From Octopus vulgaris (taxonomy: Eukaryota): a stretch of 64,000 nt of DNA. Position numbers and translations under genes: made by a program. The stretch spans positions 143,902,001 to 143,966,000 of the forward strand of contig OX597814.1 of assembly GCA_951406725.2 (NCBI GenBank), given 5' to 3'. Shown piece after piece: positions 26,501-39,356 of the stretch (within the stretch, counting starts at the first letter, position 1; each line of letters starts with the position of its first letter). The notes beneath the pieces are model-generated. The model saw nothing but the letters and a program-made list of their open reading frames with translations. It was not told the origin of the DNA and did no database searches.

Positions 26501-26830
26501 ATTTTCTAACTTGTTTTCGTCCAAATACAGTCAGCTGTCTTGATTTCGTATTCTCCATATTTGATAAGAGCGTACGGTGAGTTTCTCTTCAGATGGCTAA
26601 CCTAAAGCATTGTAATAGGCGTATATTACTCCTGTATACTCTTCTCGGGCTTATTTGATCTTCTTACATTTTCTTTCTGCGGTGGGTGTGGTGGTGGACT
26701 TGGAGGGCTTACGTTAAGGCAGTTCCCGTTCTACCCAGGCTGGCTCTCTCCAAGGTTACCAGATTAACCATAGGACAAGCGATTTGGTGTACTGTTATAG
26801 CTTTCCTTTTTGTTTCGAAAGACATATTCG
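23545..26830 (-). mobile_element. Second R4/Dong-clade LINE relic with an internal duplication
   Basis: HKWKSP...TPDWLARGITYLLPK...NYRPITCLST; the GIFQGDSLSP region near 24600; WYLKRVTIPVIVRALGMIKKG. Confidence 0.85.
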
Positions 26831-27789
26831 TGCTACATTAAAAATATTAGTATTGAGCCCTGTGTAGCAAATGTAGAGACGGTTGTTGTGTTGTTGTCCC
26901 TGCCACTATTGTCAACTCCGCTATTAATACCATTACAGTTGCTTTAACCTTGCCATTACACCATTGTTCATCGTTTGTTACCACCATAGTGTTTTGATCT
27001 GTATCGTTTCAACTAACCCTTGTAGCCAGGGCGAGAGTATAACCGTTATTTAGTTAAGTCTGCCATCTTTGCTCCTACTACTGTGTGATATTATTAAATG
27101 TTGTTTAGTTTCGACTGTTGTCTTGCACTTTAGATAATCATAAATACGTGAGAGTTGAAGGGGATAGTAGGAGGACGAGAGGCAGTTTGGTGAATAAACA
27201 TTGAAATTACAAGAGTCTGTAAATAAGTTCGGCAGATGGTGAGAAGGAGATCAACAATGAGGCTTCGCATTCCTGTGCGATTAAGAAACAAAAGTAGCGT
27301 CACACCCTTGCGGTTAGCAGAGGTCAAATGTGTTTACTATCACAGCGATAAATGACAACACTGACCTTGACCTTGAAGAGAACTTACTTTGTTCTGTTTT
27401 AATTACTGATAAAAAAATAATAATGTTCTGTTGTGTCTGGAGAGAGTCATTCTCTTTTAGTGCCTTATAATTTAACACATTCGCCGGTAAAATTTCCACT
27501 TCTTTTTTTATTTTTCTAAAATTTTCGTTGCGTCTTGCAACCTTTTCAAAGACATAACAGAATATGCTTCAACACACGAACTCATATAAAGAATCTTGCA
27601 AACCAAATGCAAAAACGAAATAAAATAATAATATGTATACTAATATTTACATCGTTGAATTTTTCTTTTCTTTTTATAGGTTTTGCTGTGGTTTACAGCT
27701 TTCGTAATTGTGCAGTATATATATTGAAAGTTATCTCCTTCATGTTTATCGTGCGTTTAATAGAGTTTACATGTTTGAGTAGTCAGGGA

Positions 27790-28110
27790 GGAAAGAAAAG
27801 TAAAATATTCACAGAAAATTGCAGGTATCAAAGTTTGTAAGGTTTTCTAAAGATGATCGTTTGTGTGTCAGACCAGAGAAAACTAAAGAGTTCTTGCAAT
27901 AGAAGGGACATTTACATTTCCGACTACCCAGGGAAAAAGGAAAGGATAGATATTCACAGAAAGTTGTAGATATTAAAGTTTTAAAGTTTTAAAGATGATC
28001 GTCTGCGTGTTCGACCAGAAAAAACTGTAGATGTGCAAGTTTTAAAACTTAATTTGAAAGTAATTTACAATACTCACAGGAAATTGTAGATATTCCAGTT
28101 TTTAAGGTTA
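27790..28110. repeat. Degenerate tandem repeat, about 3 units of ~120-150 bp
   Basis: atattcacaga.a.ttg.ag.tat...agttt recurs near 27806, 27950 and 28070. Confidence 0.6.
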
Positions 28111-28148
28111 TCTTACAGTTGTTCTGCTAGGTTGTATTAGTATTTTTA

Positions 28149-28215
<67 letters not shown>

Positions 28216-28362
28216 CATCACCTAGTTGGAGATGTATTTTTGGAGCGCTGTAGGTTTATGTTTAAATCACTTGTTTCAAAAGGTTCTATACTGCATTTTG
28301 TTGGTTGAATTGTTTTGCAAGCCAGCTGCCTTTCTGGTGGGCTGACGTTTGTTAACCAAAGA

Positions 28363-28653
28363 GATGCAGCTTTTATACTCATTCTAAGGAGTAGCTAAGA
28401 TGATTACATCGGCCCCAGTGTTCAACTGGCATTTATTTTATCGATTCCAAAAGGATGAATGGCAAAGTCATCTTCGGTGGAAATTAAAGTCAGAACGTAA
28501 GGACCAACTAAATATCGCTAAACACTTCGCTTGGCGAACTAACAATTCTGCCTTAACATCGGTATTATCAGATAAGAATGAATCTAATATTTATATTTTA
28601 CTACTCGTTATTTGAGATGCCTCACGCATTATATAAATAACTATATATATATA

Positions 28654-28722
<69 letters not shown>

Positions 28723-29055
28723 GTTGAGATGTGTATAAACCCCAACTACACGCCAGAAATAGATGCCCAATGACATTAAAAACCACTTCCATACGCTATT
28801 AATACACGTTGTAAGCGGGCAGATGAAAAAATAAATAATATTTCTGGATTAATTGTAAATCAATTTCTAGTTTAGCGCAGGAAAAACACCTTGCTGTCAT
28901 CACTACAATTTGTCAAAGTATAAAAATATTTGCATTTATATACTTTGACATAATGTAGAGATGACAGCAAGAAGTTTTTTCCTGCGCTAATCTAGAAATC
29001 GACTTACAATTAATCCAGAAATCTTATTTATTTTTTCATCTACCCGCTTAAAACA
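28363..29055. repeat. Left arm of a large inverted duplication (partner 31371-32317)
   Basis: SINE B copy, unique flank and foldback element all recur as the reverse complement. Confidence 0.9.
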
Positions 29056-29305
29056 TTTTGGGGTGATACAAACCTTTTCATTTTCAAATTTCTTCGAAAA
29101 TTTGTTTCGAAGTAAGTAAATATTGAAGATTGCGACGAAAAGCAGGAGTGAAGAAGGAAAATGGTACAGCAATTTGCACGAGAACTTCTCCGTCTTCCCC
29201 ACCATGATTGGCAGTAGACAGCAAGAAGAGAAGAAAAAAGAATGGAAGAAGAAGAAGAAGAAGAAGAAGAAGAAGAAGAAGAAGAAGAAGAAGAAGAAGA
29301 AGAAG

Positions 29306-29336
<31 letters not shown>

Positions 29337-29399
29337 GAGAAGTCAAGAAAAGAAGAAAGAAGATGAAAAGCAGTAAGAAGGCGAGAGGAATGAAGGAGT

Positions 29400-29910
29400 A
29401 AAGTCTTCCTCTCAACATGGGGATTGTAGTAGCAAGCAAAACAACATTGAAACGGCTAACATAAATGGAGTTGACAGCGAGAAAGAGACTTTTGCAAATA
29501 TCACGGCAGCTAAGGAATGAATTAACAAAATAGAAAAGCTAGACAAGGCAGCAAAATTTATGAAAGTGAATGGAAGAAGGGCAGAACTGACCCCTCCAAG
29601 CGACGTGCTCGAAGCAACAGCCAAACGATCAATCGTCTACAGATGTATCACCCGCAAAATGGGGCTTTGGTTATCAAAGACAAGGAATCTCGAAAATGCT
29701 AAACGCGACCAGGTGGAAAAAGCCTTGAAAGATATATGGCGAGATATCCACCACATTGCGAGAGCGAGGCAGTACGGCGGAGTAGAGGTCCTTTTTAAAC
29801 TGAAGAGCTGTTGATACAGAACTTGGTGACCATGCGTCGCACCGAGGAAATCGCCCTCTTCCCAACATACATGGAAGAAGGGCGGTACGAATTACAGCAC
29901 TTGCAATCCA
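29400..29910 (+). mobile_element. Possible retroelement ORF1-like relic
   Basis: Non-repetitive, coding-like fragments (ORF 29560-29814 and a downstream PTYM.RRAVRI-like stretch); family not recognised with certainty. Confidence 0.3.
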
Positions 29911-30268
29911 GGCTTGGATCTATGGTTTTGGACTACCTTGTCGTGTCTGCGCTTGTATTCTTTTATGACTTTCACAAGCACTAACAATGTGAGTCACACT
30001 TTCGACCGTCTTTCCACCATATTCTTTCGTTTTAATTTGTGGTATATATCCCTTTTCAAGGAGATATTGAGTTATCACTTGACAACGGTGACAGAAAGCT
30101 GCTCTGACTCACACAAATACAACTACTACAACATCAACAACAACAACACATGAAGCAACAATAACGGCAACGATAACTACTACTACTATTATTATTGTTT
30201 TCAGTCGCGTTTGTTTGTTTGTTTGTTTGTCCGTGGACAAGATTTTTCAAGAACCGCTGGATGGATTC

Positions 30269-30323
<55 letters not shown>

Positions 30324-30491
30324 GGAGAGGGAGAGATTTAGCAGAAGCAATAGAGTGATTCAAGTGCTGAGAATTTCGTGCTTTGATAAGGGCCAACACA
30401 CGAAATCTCTGCCTTTGAGTCATTCTGTTGTTTAATAAAAAATATACATTTACTCATATTTTGCGCTCTATTCCTCCTGCTTTTCATTACC

Positions 30492-30543
<52 letters not shown>

Positions 30544-30639
30544 TTATGTATGTATGTATGTATGTATGTATGTATGTATGTATGTATGTATGTATGTATG
30601 TATGTATGTATGTATGCATGTATAAGACAAGGTATGAAT

Positions 30640-30770
30640 AATGGCTTACAGCTGTTTCCAGTAGTCATTATAGGTACCTTACTGATAGGTTTAGACAATT
30701 GGTCTATTGATCAGTTGAGAAAAATGGAATGATCTAAAAAAAAATTAATGCTACTTTCGTCAGAGCCATT
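30640..30770 (-). ncRNA. Type I hammerhead ribozyme with intact core and very long stem II
   Basis: AAUGGCU-CUGACGA-A-AGUAGCAUUA...UAAUG(A)CUACU-G-GAAA-C-AGCU-GUA-AGCCAUU; perfect 7-bp stem I. Confidence 0.8.
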
Positions 30771-30889
30771 TCTAGTTATCTTTTATATATCATGAAAAAG
30801 GAGATTTTCCGACTGCCTTATTTTCCTTATTACATATATAATACATACATACATACATACATACATACATACATACATACATACATACA

Positions 30890-30921
<32 letters not shown>

Positions 30922-30934
30922 ATATATATATAAA

Positions 30935-30965
<31 letters not shown>

Positions 30966-30966
<1 letters not shown>

Positions 30967-31168
30967 AAGTTAATCCAAACAAGAAATCACATAAAAACAC
31001 AACGCGAGGACGTGGAACAAATATAGTATTATTGGACGCTCAGGAAAGAAGGAAAGAAGGAAGGTTTAACATTTCGAGCGGAGCTCTTCGTCGGAAACAT
31101 AGGAGAAGGAAAATCCAGAGAAGGGAAGACACAGGGAAAAAAATCACCAACGGTACACACGAGGTCAC
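30966..31168 (-). mobile_element. Family F: ~200-bp element with minimal HHR (31064-31098, two substitutions)
   Basis: GUUU-CCGACGA-A-GAGC-UCC-GCUC-GAAA-UGUU-AAAC; homologous to 55921-56126; lies between microsatellites. Confidence 0.75.
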
Positions 31169-31289
31169 ACACACACATATATATATATATTTCATAAAAT
31201 TAATGATTTTATCAAGTGGCCAGTGTGAAATAAAAACCTTGTAGGTAACGTTTTATACTAATTCATAATTATATAAAATAATTATATTA

Positions 31290-31705
31290 AAGGGTGCGTA
31301 TAAACCCCACAGCGCGCTAGAAATAGACGCCAAATGGCGTTAGAAACCACATCCATACTTCATTAGCACGTGTTTTAAGCGGGTAGATGAAAAAATAAAT
31401 AAGATTTCTGGATTAATTGTAAGTCGATTTCTAGATTAGCGCAGGAAAAAAACTTCTTGCTGTCATCACTACATTATGTCAAAGTATATAAATGCAAATA
31501 TCTTTATACTTTGACAAATTGTAGTGATGACAGCAAGGTGTTTTTCCTGCGCTAAACTAGAAATCGATTTACAATTAATCCAGAAATCTTATTTATTTTT
31601 TCATCTGCCCGCTTACAACGTGTATTAATGGAGTATGGAAGTGGTTTTTAATGTCATTGGGCATCTATTTCTAGCGTGTAGGTGGGGTTTATACGCATCT
31701 CAATC
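31290..31705. repeat. ~410-bp foldback with an HHR-like motif in each arm
   Basis: Arms are reverse complements about a centre near 31496; plus arm reads AAUUGUA-GUGAUGA...GAAAUCGAUU-UACAAUU. Confidence 0.85.
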
Positions 31706-31715
31706 TCTGTGTGTG

Positions 31716-31778
<63 letters not shown>

Positions 31779-31845
31779 TTTATTAAAAAACAGCAGAAAT
31801 ATCACAAAAGCTGTTCACGTTCCATTCGTCGGATAGTTTTGTTTA

Positions 31846-31928
<83 letters not shown>

Positions 31929-32864
31929 CATAACATATATATGTATATATATGTATGTATATATCTATGTATATATATATTATGTCTGTGTATACACACA
32001 TACACACACAAATTTAGATGCGTGAGACATCTCAAATAACGAGTAGTAAATTATAAATATTTGGAAATCATTTACGTAAACCTCTATAAATATTAGATTC
32101 ATTCTTATCTGATAATATTGATGTTAAAGCAGAATTGTTAGTTCGCCAAGCGAAGTGTTTAGCGATATTTGGTTCGTCCTTACGTTCTGATTTCAATTTC
32201 TGCCGAAGATGACTTTGCCATTCATCCTTTTGGAATCGATAAAATAAATACCAGTTGAACACTGGGGTCGATGTAATCATCTTAGCTACTCCTTAGAATG
32301 AGTATAAAAACTGCATCCCTCTGCCAAGCCATAGGCTCATAAAACCAGTATGATCACAGGCTCAAATTCATGGACTTCACATCAAACCGTGGTTGGTTAG
32401 TGAGAACATGCTGAGGCCCTTGTTCTGCAGTAGATTGAACATAGTCAATCCAGTCCAAGGTAACAAAAGTTTCTTGTACTATAAGGAGACGAATCCAAGC
32501 ATTTTGAGCCAAGCCATTCATCGGTGAGGAAGAGTTGATCAAATTGACGAACGTGTGGTAGACTTATTACATTTAACCATATTGAATGAACAGATAAAGT
32601 GGATTACCACCATATCGATTATGGGTTCATATTCGATGCAGATGTTTCTAGGCTTAACATTTAATTCTGTACGCTTAAATCCATCTAAATGTCGAATATA
32701 ATTCAATGGGATTGCTAGCCTATTGATAGACACATTAGATCGTAAAGATTCAAAACATTGCATCTGTTTACTGAGTGCACTGTTGTGCGTGAGCTGAATA
32801 TTTTCGAGAGTTACAGTTGTCATCGATTTACCACTTGATCATTTAACTCTGCGCATAATATTGT

Positions 32865-33255
32865 TTTCAGATTTTGGCCCAAGGCCAATAATTCCTGGGA
32901 GAGGATAAATTAATTATTTCGATCTCCATTACTCAACTGGTACTTATTTTATCGACCCTGAAAGGATGAAACGCAAAGTCGACCTCCGCGGAATTTGAAC
33001 TCAGAACGCAAAGACGGACGAAATGCTCTCTTTTACTCTTTTACTCTTTTACTTGTTTCAGTCATTTTACTGTGGCCATGCTGGAGCACCGCCTTTAGTC
33101 GAGCAAATCGACCCCAGGACTTATTCTTTGTAAGCATAGTACTTATTCTATCGGTCTCTTTTGCCGAACCGCTAAGTTACGGGGACGTAAACACACCAGC
33201 ATCGGTTGTCAGGTGATGCTGGGGGGACAAACACAGACACACATCATACATACAC

Positions 33256-33290
<35 letters not shown>

Positions 33291-33512
33291 CATATATACG
33301 ACAGGCTTCTTTCAGTTTCCGTCTACCAAATCCATTCACAATGCTTTGGTTGGCCCGAGGCTATAGTAGAAGACACTTGCCCAAGGTGCCACGCAGTGGG
33401 ACTGAACCTGGAACGATGTGGTCACGTAAGCAAGCTACTTAGCACAGAGCCACTCCTGCGCCTATAAGCATTTTTTCCGGCGTGTTGCCAATTCTGCCAG
33501 CTCACCGCCTTA
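32865..33512 (-). mobile_element. SINE B interrupted by a full-length SINE A (33030-33465)
   Basis: SINE B stops at ...gacgaaatgc and resumes as taagcatt...ctgccagctcaccgcc after the SINE A copy. Confidence 0.85.
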
Positions 33513-34125
33513 ACTCTGATCATAATATCGCCAGTACTCCATTATGACATTGACAAATGCTATCCTCTTAAGCATGTCTCTTCTCATCCTACATTTACCC
33601 AAAAGATATTTCAAAGTCCTCTAAGAGAATTACTCATTCTTGTCCTGTTGCAGTTCAAGCAAAGATCACGGTCAACAATCTTGAATAAAATAACCCAGTC
33701 CTACAAAATGAACGGTCATTACGCACAAAGTATTTAAACACTGCATTCTTTTAACTGTGCCAAATGACAATACTTTGATATGAAGATTTTTCACGAACTA
33801 ACAAAGGTACCTCTACGATATTACTCAACCAAAATTCCCTTAAATCAGACCATGTGAAAGGAAAGACCCATCATTGAATAAAATATTCATAGATATATTC
33901 GTTTGCATTATGATGGTATAATAATATACTGAACATTTGATCTTAGGTTTGTTTGATTAGAGCTGGGCTTGTGCTAAGCATCGGCATATTGTTATATTTG
34001 CACTAAGTCATAAATTCGGATGTGGTTGATCGATTGAAGTAGTCCCGCTACTTTATAAATATATCGATACTTTAAAGATAAATGACAAATTCGATAATGG
34101 CTGAAAGTTGTTGTTAGCAGTTATT

Positions 34126-34238
34126 GCAGTTGTTGTTATGGTTTGTGGTTGTGGTTTTTGTTGTTTTGCTCCAAGTGTACGACGATCGAGCAGACAAAAG
34201 ATCACAGAAATTTTCAACAATACTTGTGCGCTCGCGCA

Positions 34239-34302
<64 letters not shown>

Positions 34303-34541
34303 TGTGTGTGTTTGTGTGTATGAGTGTGTGTGTGTGTGCATATTGTGTGTGTATGTGTGTGCGCGCGCGTGTGTGTTGGTGAGAGGAGTTTGATATATGT
34401 ACCTGTATACAGAAGGCTGGGTGAGGACGCAGTTGTTGTTATGGTTTGTGGTTGTGGTTTTTGTTGTTTTGCTCCAAGTGTACGACGATCGAGCAGACAA
34501 AAGATCACAGAAATTTTCAACAATACTTGTGCGCTCGCGCA

Positions 34542-34581
<40 letters not shown>

Positions 34582-34711
34582 AGTGTGTGTGTTTGTGTGT
34601 ATGAGTGTGTGTGTGTGTGCATATTGTGTGTGTATGTGTGTGCGCGCGCGTGTGTGTTGGTGAGAGGAGTTTGATATATGTACCTGTATACAGAAGGCTG
34701 GGTGAGGACGC
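34126..34711. repeat. ~290-bp tandem duplication
   Basis: gcagttgttgttatgg...ggtgaggacgc occurs twice, near-identical apart from (TG)n length. Confidence 0.95.
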
Positions 34712-35379
34712 GTGGCATAGTGGTTAGGGTGTTGTATTCATGATCTTATGATAGTGATTTCGATTCCTGGTTCGAGCGATGCATTTTGATCTTGAGCAAA
34801 ACATTTCATTTGACGTGTTTTTATGCCATGTTAGCTAGAAACAAAGGGAAATGACAAGATGTCATCTACTTTAATGGTTTTCTGCTAGGCACTCAGGTGT
34901 GTGAAAATTCGTTCTCTGTATGGGATACCTTGGGGGAAAACCATGTTGCAGCCTATTCGAGGCCGTGACGCCGGTGTTCCCAACGTCATACTTGGAAACT
35001 CTCATTTCCCTATCAGAACTGACTGGCAACCTAACCAATTTCAGATTCTCTGGGACCGTGACTGTCTCTATGTCTCCTCTTTGTATAATTTCAGGGAGCA
35101 GTTCTTTATTTTCTTTCTTACGAAATTAGGCGCAACTTGTTTCTATTTGCGTGTTTATTCGAACTTGTTTGTTTTCCATATGGTTTCCCTCTTGTATGTT
35201 TGTAGTACTTACCAGAGTATGATCCAAAGACTCCACCACAGATGGGGGTAAGTGCATGATCTTTATTTCCTGTGATTATATCTGTGATTTTGCATGTAAG
35301 TGGTGGGGCTGGTAAACAAGGGCAGGGGAAGAGAGAGAGTAGGGCTGCGATGTTCCCTGGTGTCCTCTGGGATTCCTCC

Positions 35380-35740
35380 GATGGACCTCTTCAGTAACGT
35401 TACTCGACAGGAAATGCAGCTCGGATATCAGTGAGTCTCTCCGTATCGAACCTTTACTTCTGCCATTGAGAAGTTACAGCTCCGGTACTATGGACAAGTG
35501 ATTAGATTATCGCCGGAAAAATTCGCGAGACGGGCTTCTCAAGCCGAGTCAGCTAGCAAGAGACCTAACAGTGAACCAAGAACCAGAGGATTGGATATCT
35601 ATAGTCTCAATTGGTTACGCTTGGGTATTCAGCTGGAAAGCATAATGACAGTTGCTTCTGATAGGACCCTATAGAGAATTTGCCTTAGGGATTCTCGCAA
35701 CGACCTTCCCAGAAATAGACGGCGTAAAAAATGAATGAAT
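35380..35740 (+). mobile_element. RTE-group LINE 3' end relic
   Basis: VTLLDRKCSSDISESLRIEPLL...QLRYYGQVIRL...KRP...PRTR. Confidence 0.65.
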
Positions 35741-35899
35741 TGATCAATGGGTTTATAAACTAATCTACTTCTTTCAACTAATGGTGTATACAAACTGAAC
35801 TTTTCAAAGAATGGTGTTTAAAAGCAACGCATTTTAAGGAATGCAGTGAGTACAAAAGTCAGCTCTCACCTGCGAAACTGTATAGCTTGGTAACATGTA

Positions 35900-36222
35900 C
35901 CGCACTCCGTCGGTTACCACGACGAGGGTTTTAGTTGATCCGATCAACAGAACAGCCTGCTTGTGAAATTAGCGTGCAAGTGGCTGAACACTCCACATAC
36001 ATGCGTACCTTTAACGTAGTTCTCAGGGAGATTCAGCGTGACACAGAATGTGACAAGGTTGGCCCTTTGAAATACAGGTACTACTCATTTTTATCAGCTG
36101 AGTGAACTGGAACTACGTGAAATAAAGTGTCTTGCTTAAGGACACAACGCTTCGCCGGTTTTCGAACTCGCAACCTAACGATCATGAGCTGAATACCCTA
36201 ATCACTAAGCCATGTGCCTTCA
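35900..36222 (-). mobile_element. SINE family D
   Basis: Homologous to 19688-19993; related heads at 34703-34830 (+), 36330-36513 (-) and 41250-41370 (-). Confidence 0.85.
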
Positions 36223-37469
36223 CTAATATGTACCACGCTTTCGTTGTTTTAGTTGCCTACATAGTCATGAGTAGGTGTACATATTTTCTCGTTTCTCCCA
36301 CTCTGATCCAGCGGCACATCTAGGATCTGACGGCTGGGTGGAAAGAAAGGTGCACCAACGCTTGGCTGTTGCCCATTTCAACAGAATAGACAAGAACAAC
36401 ATAAATTGAAATACCTTACTCAAGGACTCGAGCCACCACCCGGTCCAAAAATCGAACCCACAACATTCTGATCGTGAGCTGAATACCCTAACCACAAGGT
36501 CATACGCCTTCACATGCTATTTGCATCAGTTCACGCATTTAGCTGCGCTCTCCATCGACGGATGATCCGAGTCATCCACTGTAGAAGTAAGTAAGCAAGT
36601 TGTACAATCCAGGCAATATATTTCAACGAATGTGTGTGTGTTAAAATGTCCTACTGTAACCTTTCTCTTCGACTATGGAATTTGTGGAAAAAGCAGTAGC
36701 GTATCCTGGGCGATGTCAGAGGGGCGATTGCTTCAATGCAAAATCATGAGGGAAAGCACGGAATTTTGTCAGTGAACAGGTCGCGGTTTTAAAGCGACGA
36801 AAACATTTTAACAAATAAAATTTAAATATTGAAGTGAATCTAACGTTTTTTGTGTGTTTTCAAATGGCTTATAAACACCTTCCACGCTGCAATTGTTAAA
36901 AAAAAATAAAGTATAATAAATAAATAAAAATACCACACTCCGACATAAAATATTTTCTTTGCTCCTTGTACTGACGGCTTACATTACGTCTCTAGAACTG
37001 GAGAAATCCATCCAGAAAAAAAAAATTTAGGTGATAGTACAAAGGGACATAACTAAGTATTGTAACGCATTCGCTCACCACTTCGGTTAATATTTTTCAA
37101 GGGAAGTAATTCAATTGGTGATTAATTGTGAGTAGTCTCCCTTGACACCTTTTATTTTTATTTTTGTGCGGTAAGGTTATGGAAATAACTGATTTTTTAA
37201 AGGGAGAATGAGAGAAAATACGACAAAAAGAAAGAGAAAGAGACGAGAAGGAGAAAGTGATATATAAAATAAGCATTTAATTATTTGCAATTTATTGTCA
37301 TAGGAGAAATTTATATATATATATTTTTTTGCAAAATTTGTTAATAAAAATAAATGGTATAGTCGTGATTGTTTACAGATGGACTCGGCTAGGGGTGATG
37401 AGATGGCGTTAGGCAAAACTGTAAGAGCTAAAAGAAATAATTGTTTAAGCATATTACGTAAAAACTGAT

Positions 37470-38095
<626 letters not shown>

Positions 38096-38119
38096 AAAAA
38101 GTGATGTAATATAAGCACT

Positions 38120-38440
38120 ATTTTACTTGTTTCAGTTATTCGACTGCGGCCATGCTGGAGCACCGCCTTTAGTCGAGCAAATCGACCCCAGGACTTATTC
38201 TTTGTAAGCCTAGTACTTATTCTATCGGTCTCTTTTTTGCCGAATCGCTAAGTTACGGGGACGTAAACACACCAGCATCGGTTGTCAAGCGATATTGGGG
38301 GGACAAACGCAGACACACAAACATACACATACATATACATATATACGACGGGCTTCTTTCAGTTTCCGTCAACCAAATCCACTCACAAGGCTTTGGTCGG
38401 TCCGAGGCTATAGTAGAAGACACTTGCTCAAGGTGCCACT
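38120..38440 (-). mobile_element. SINE A, 5'-truncated
   Basis: High similarity to the other A copies. Confidence 0.9.
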
Positions 38441-38684
38441 ATAAAATGGTCAAAACTTTTTACAAAGGAACTTAGTTCGATTTGAAAACCCCACTAGAAT
38501 GGGAGAAAACGCTTATACATGATCTAAGTTATATGATGTATAAAAACATGTAATATACAAATAAATATCTGCAAATATAAAATCATCCGAATTTCTGAGT
38601 ACCTCATTTCTTCTAATATAAAATACCTGTACATCATCTCCAAACCTTCCAATATATATATATATATATATATACTCATCTCTT

Positions 38685-39273
38685 TCTTGTCGAACAAGTC
38701 GGGCGGGACGCGAATTTTTTTCCTACGAGAGTTCCGGACCCTAGTTATGAATTTATTTGGGTACAGTTAATCAGAGCTCAACTATCAAACTAATTTATGA
38801 GCGCATAACAAGTGATGGGCGATTAAATAAGGTCACTTGGGTAAGGAATGACCATGCCTCTTTTCTCTTTTAAGAGAGCTTGTTGTTCTCGTTTCAAGCA
38901 TGGGTGCCTCTGCGTAGTTGTTTGTGTTGCTGATTACTTTGTAAAGTGTAAGGGGAGAGGGTTGCTAGCATATCACCCTCTACCCATGTTTTTCCCATCC
39001 ACATCTTTACCATATGGGGCCTTAACAAAATCCGATAATAGACATAGATGCAAATCTATCTAATTATTTGTCTCCTTCTCAAATGAGGCATAACTTGGCG
39101 ATCGGTCGACTCACAGCACCGTTCTTCGTCTTGAGTTTACTTGGTAGAGTGTGTTTTTAACTTGACAGCAAGGTCAAAGTGAGCTCTGATGGGTTGTATG
39201 CGAATGAGTTCATTGCTGGGTTCCGGAACTCACGTAGGAAAAATATTTCGCGGGAGGGACGTCGACGACAAGG
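38685..39273. mobile_element. MITE-like element with ~95-bp degenerate terminal inverted repeats
   Basis: tttttcctacgagagttccgga...atcagagctca pairs with tgagctctgat...tccggaactcacgtaggaaaaa. Confidence 0.65.
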
Positions 39274-39356
39274 CCGGCGTCCCAGAATGGCAATTCCACC
39301 GGCAACGAGCGAATGGCGATCTCGCCGAGCTAAGGCGTTTCCGTTCAGGTGGGGAA

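Noticed and set aside
32320-32850. Non-repetitive stretch as a possible coding exon
   Set aside because: Only short ORFs without recognisable motifs, and no splice structure could be supported
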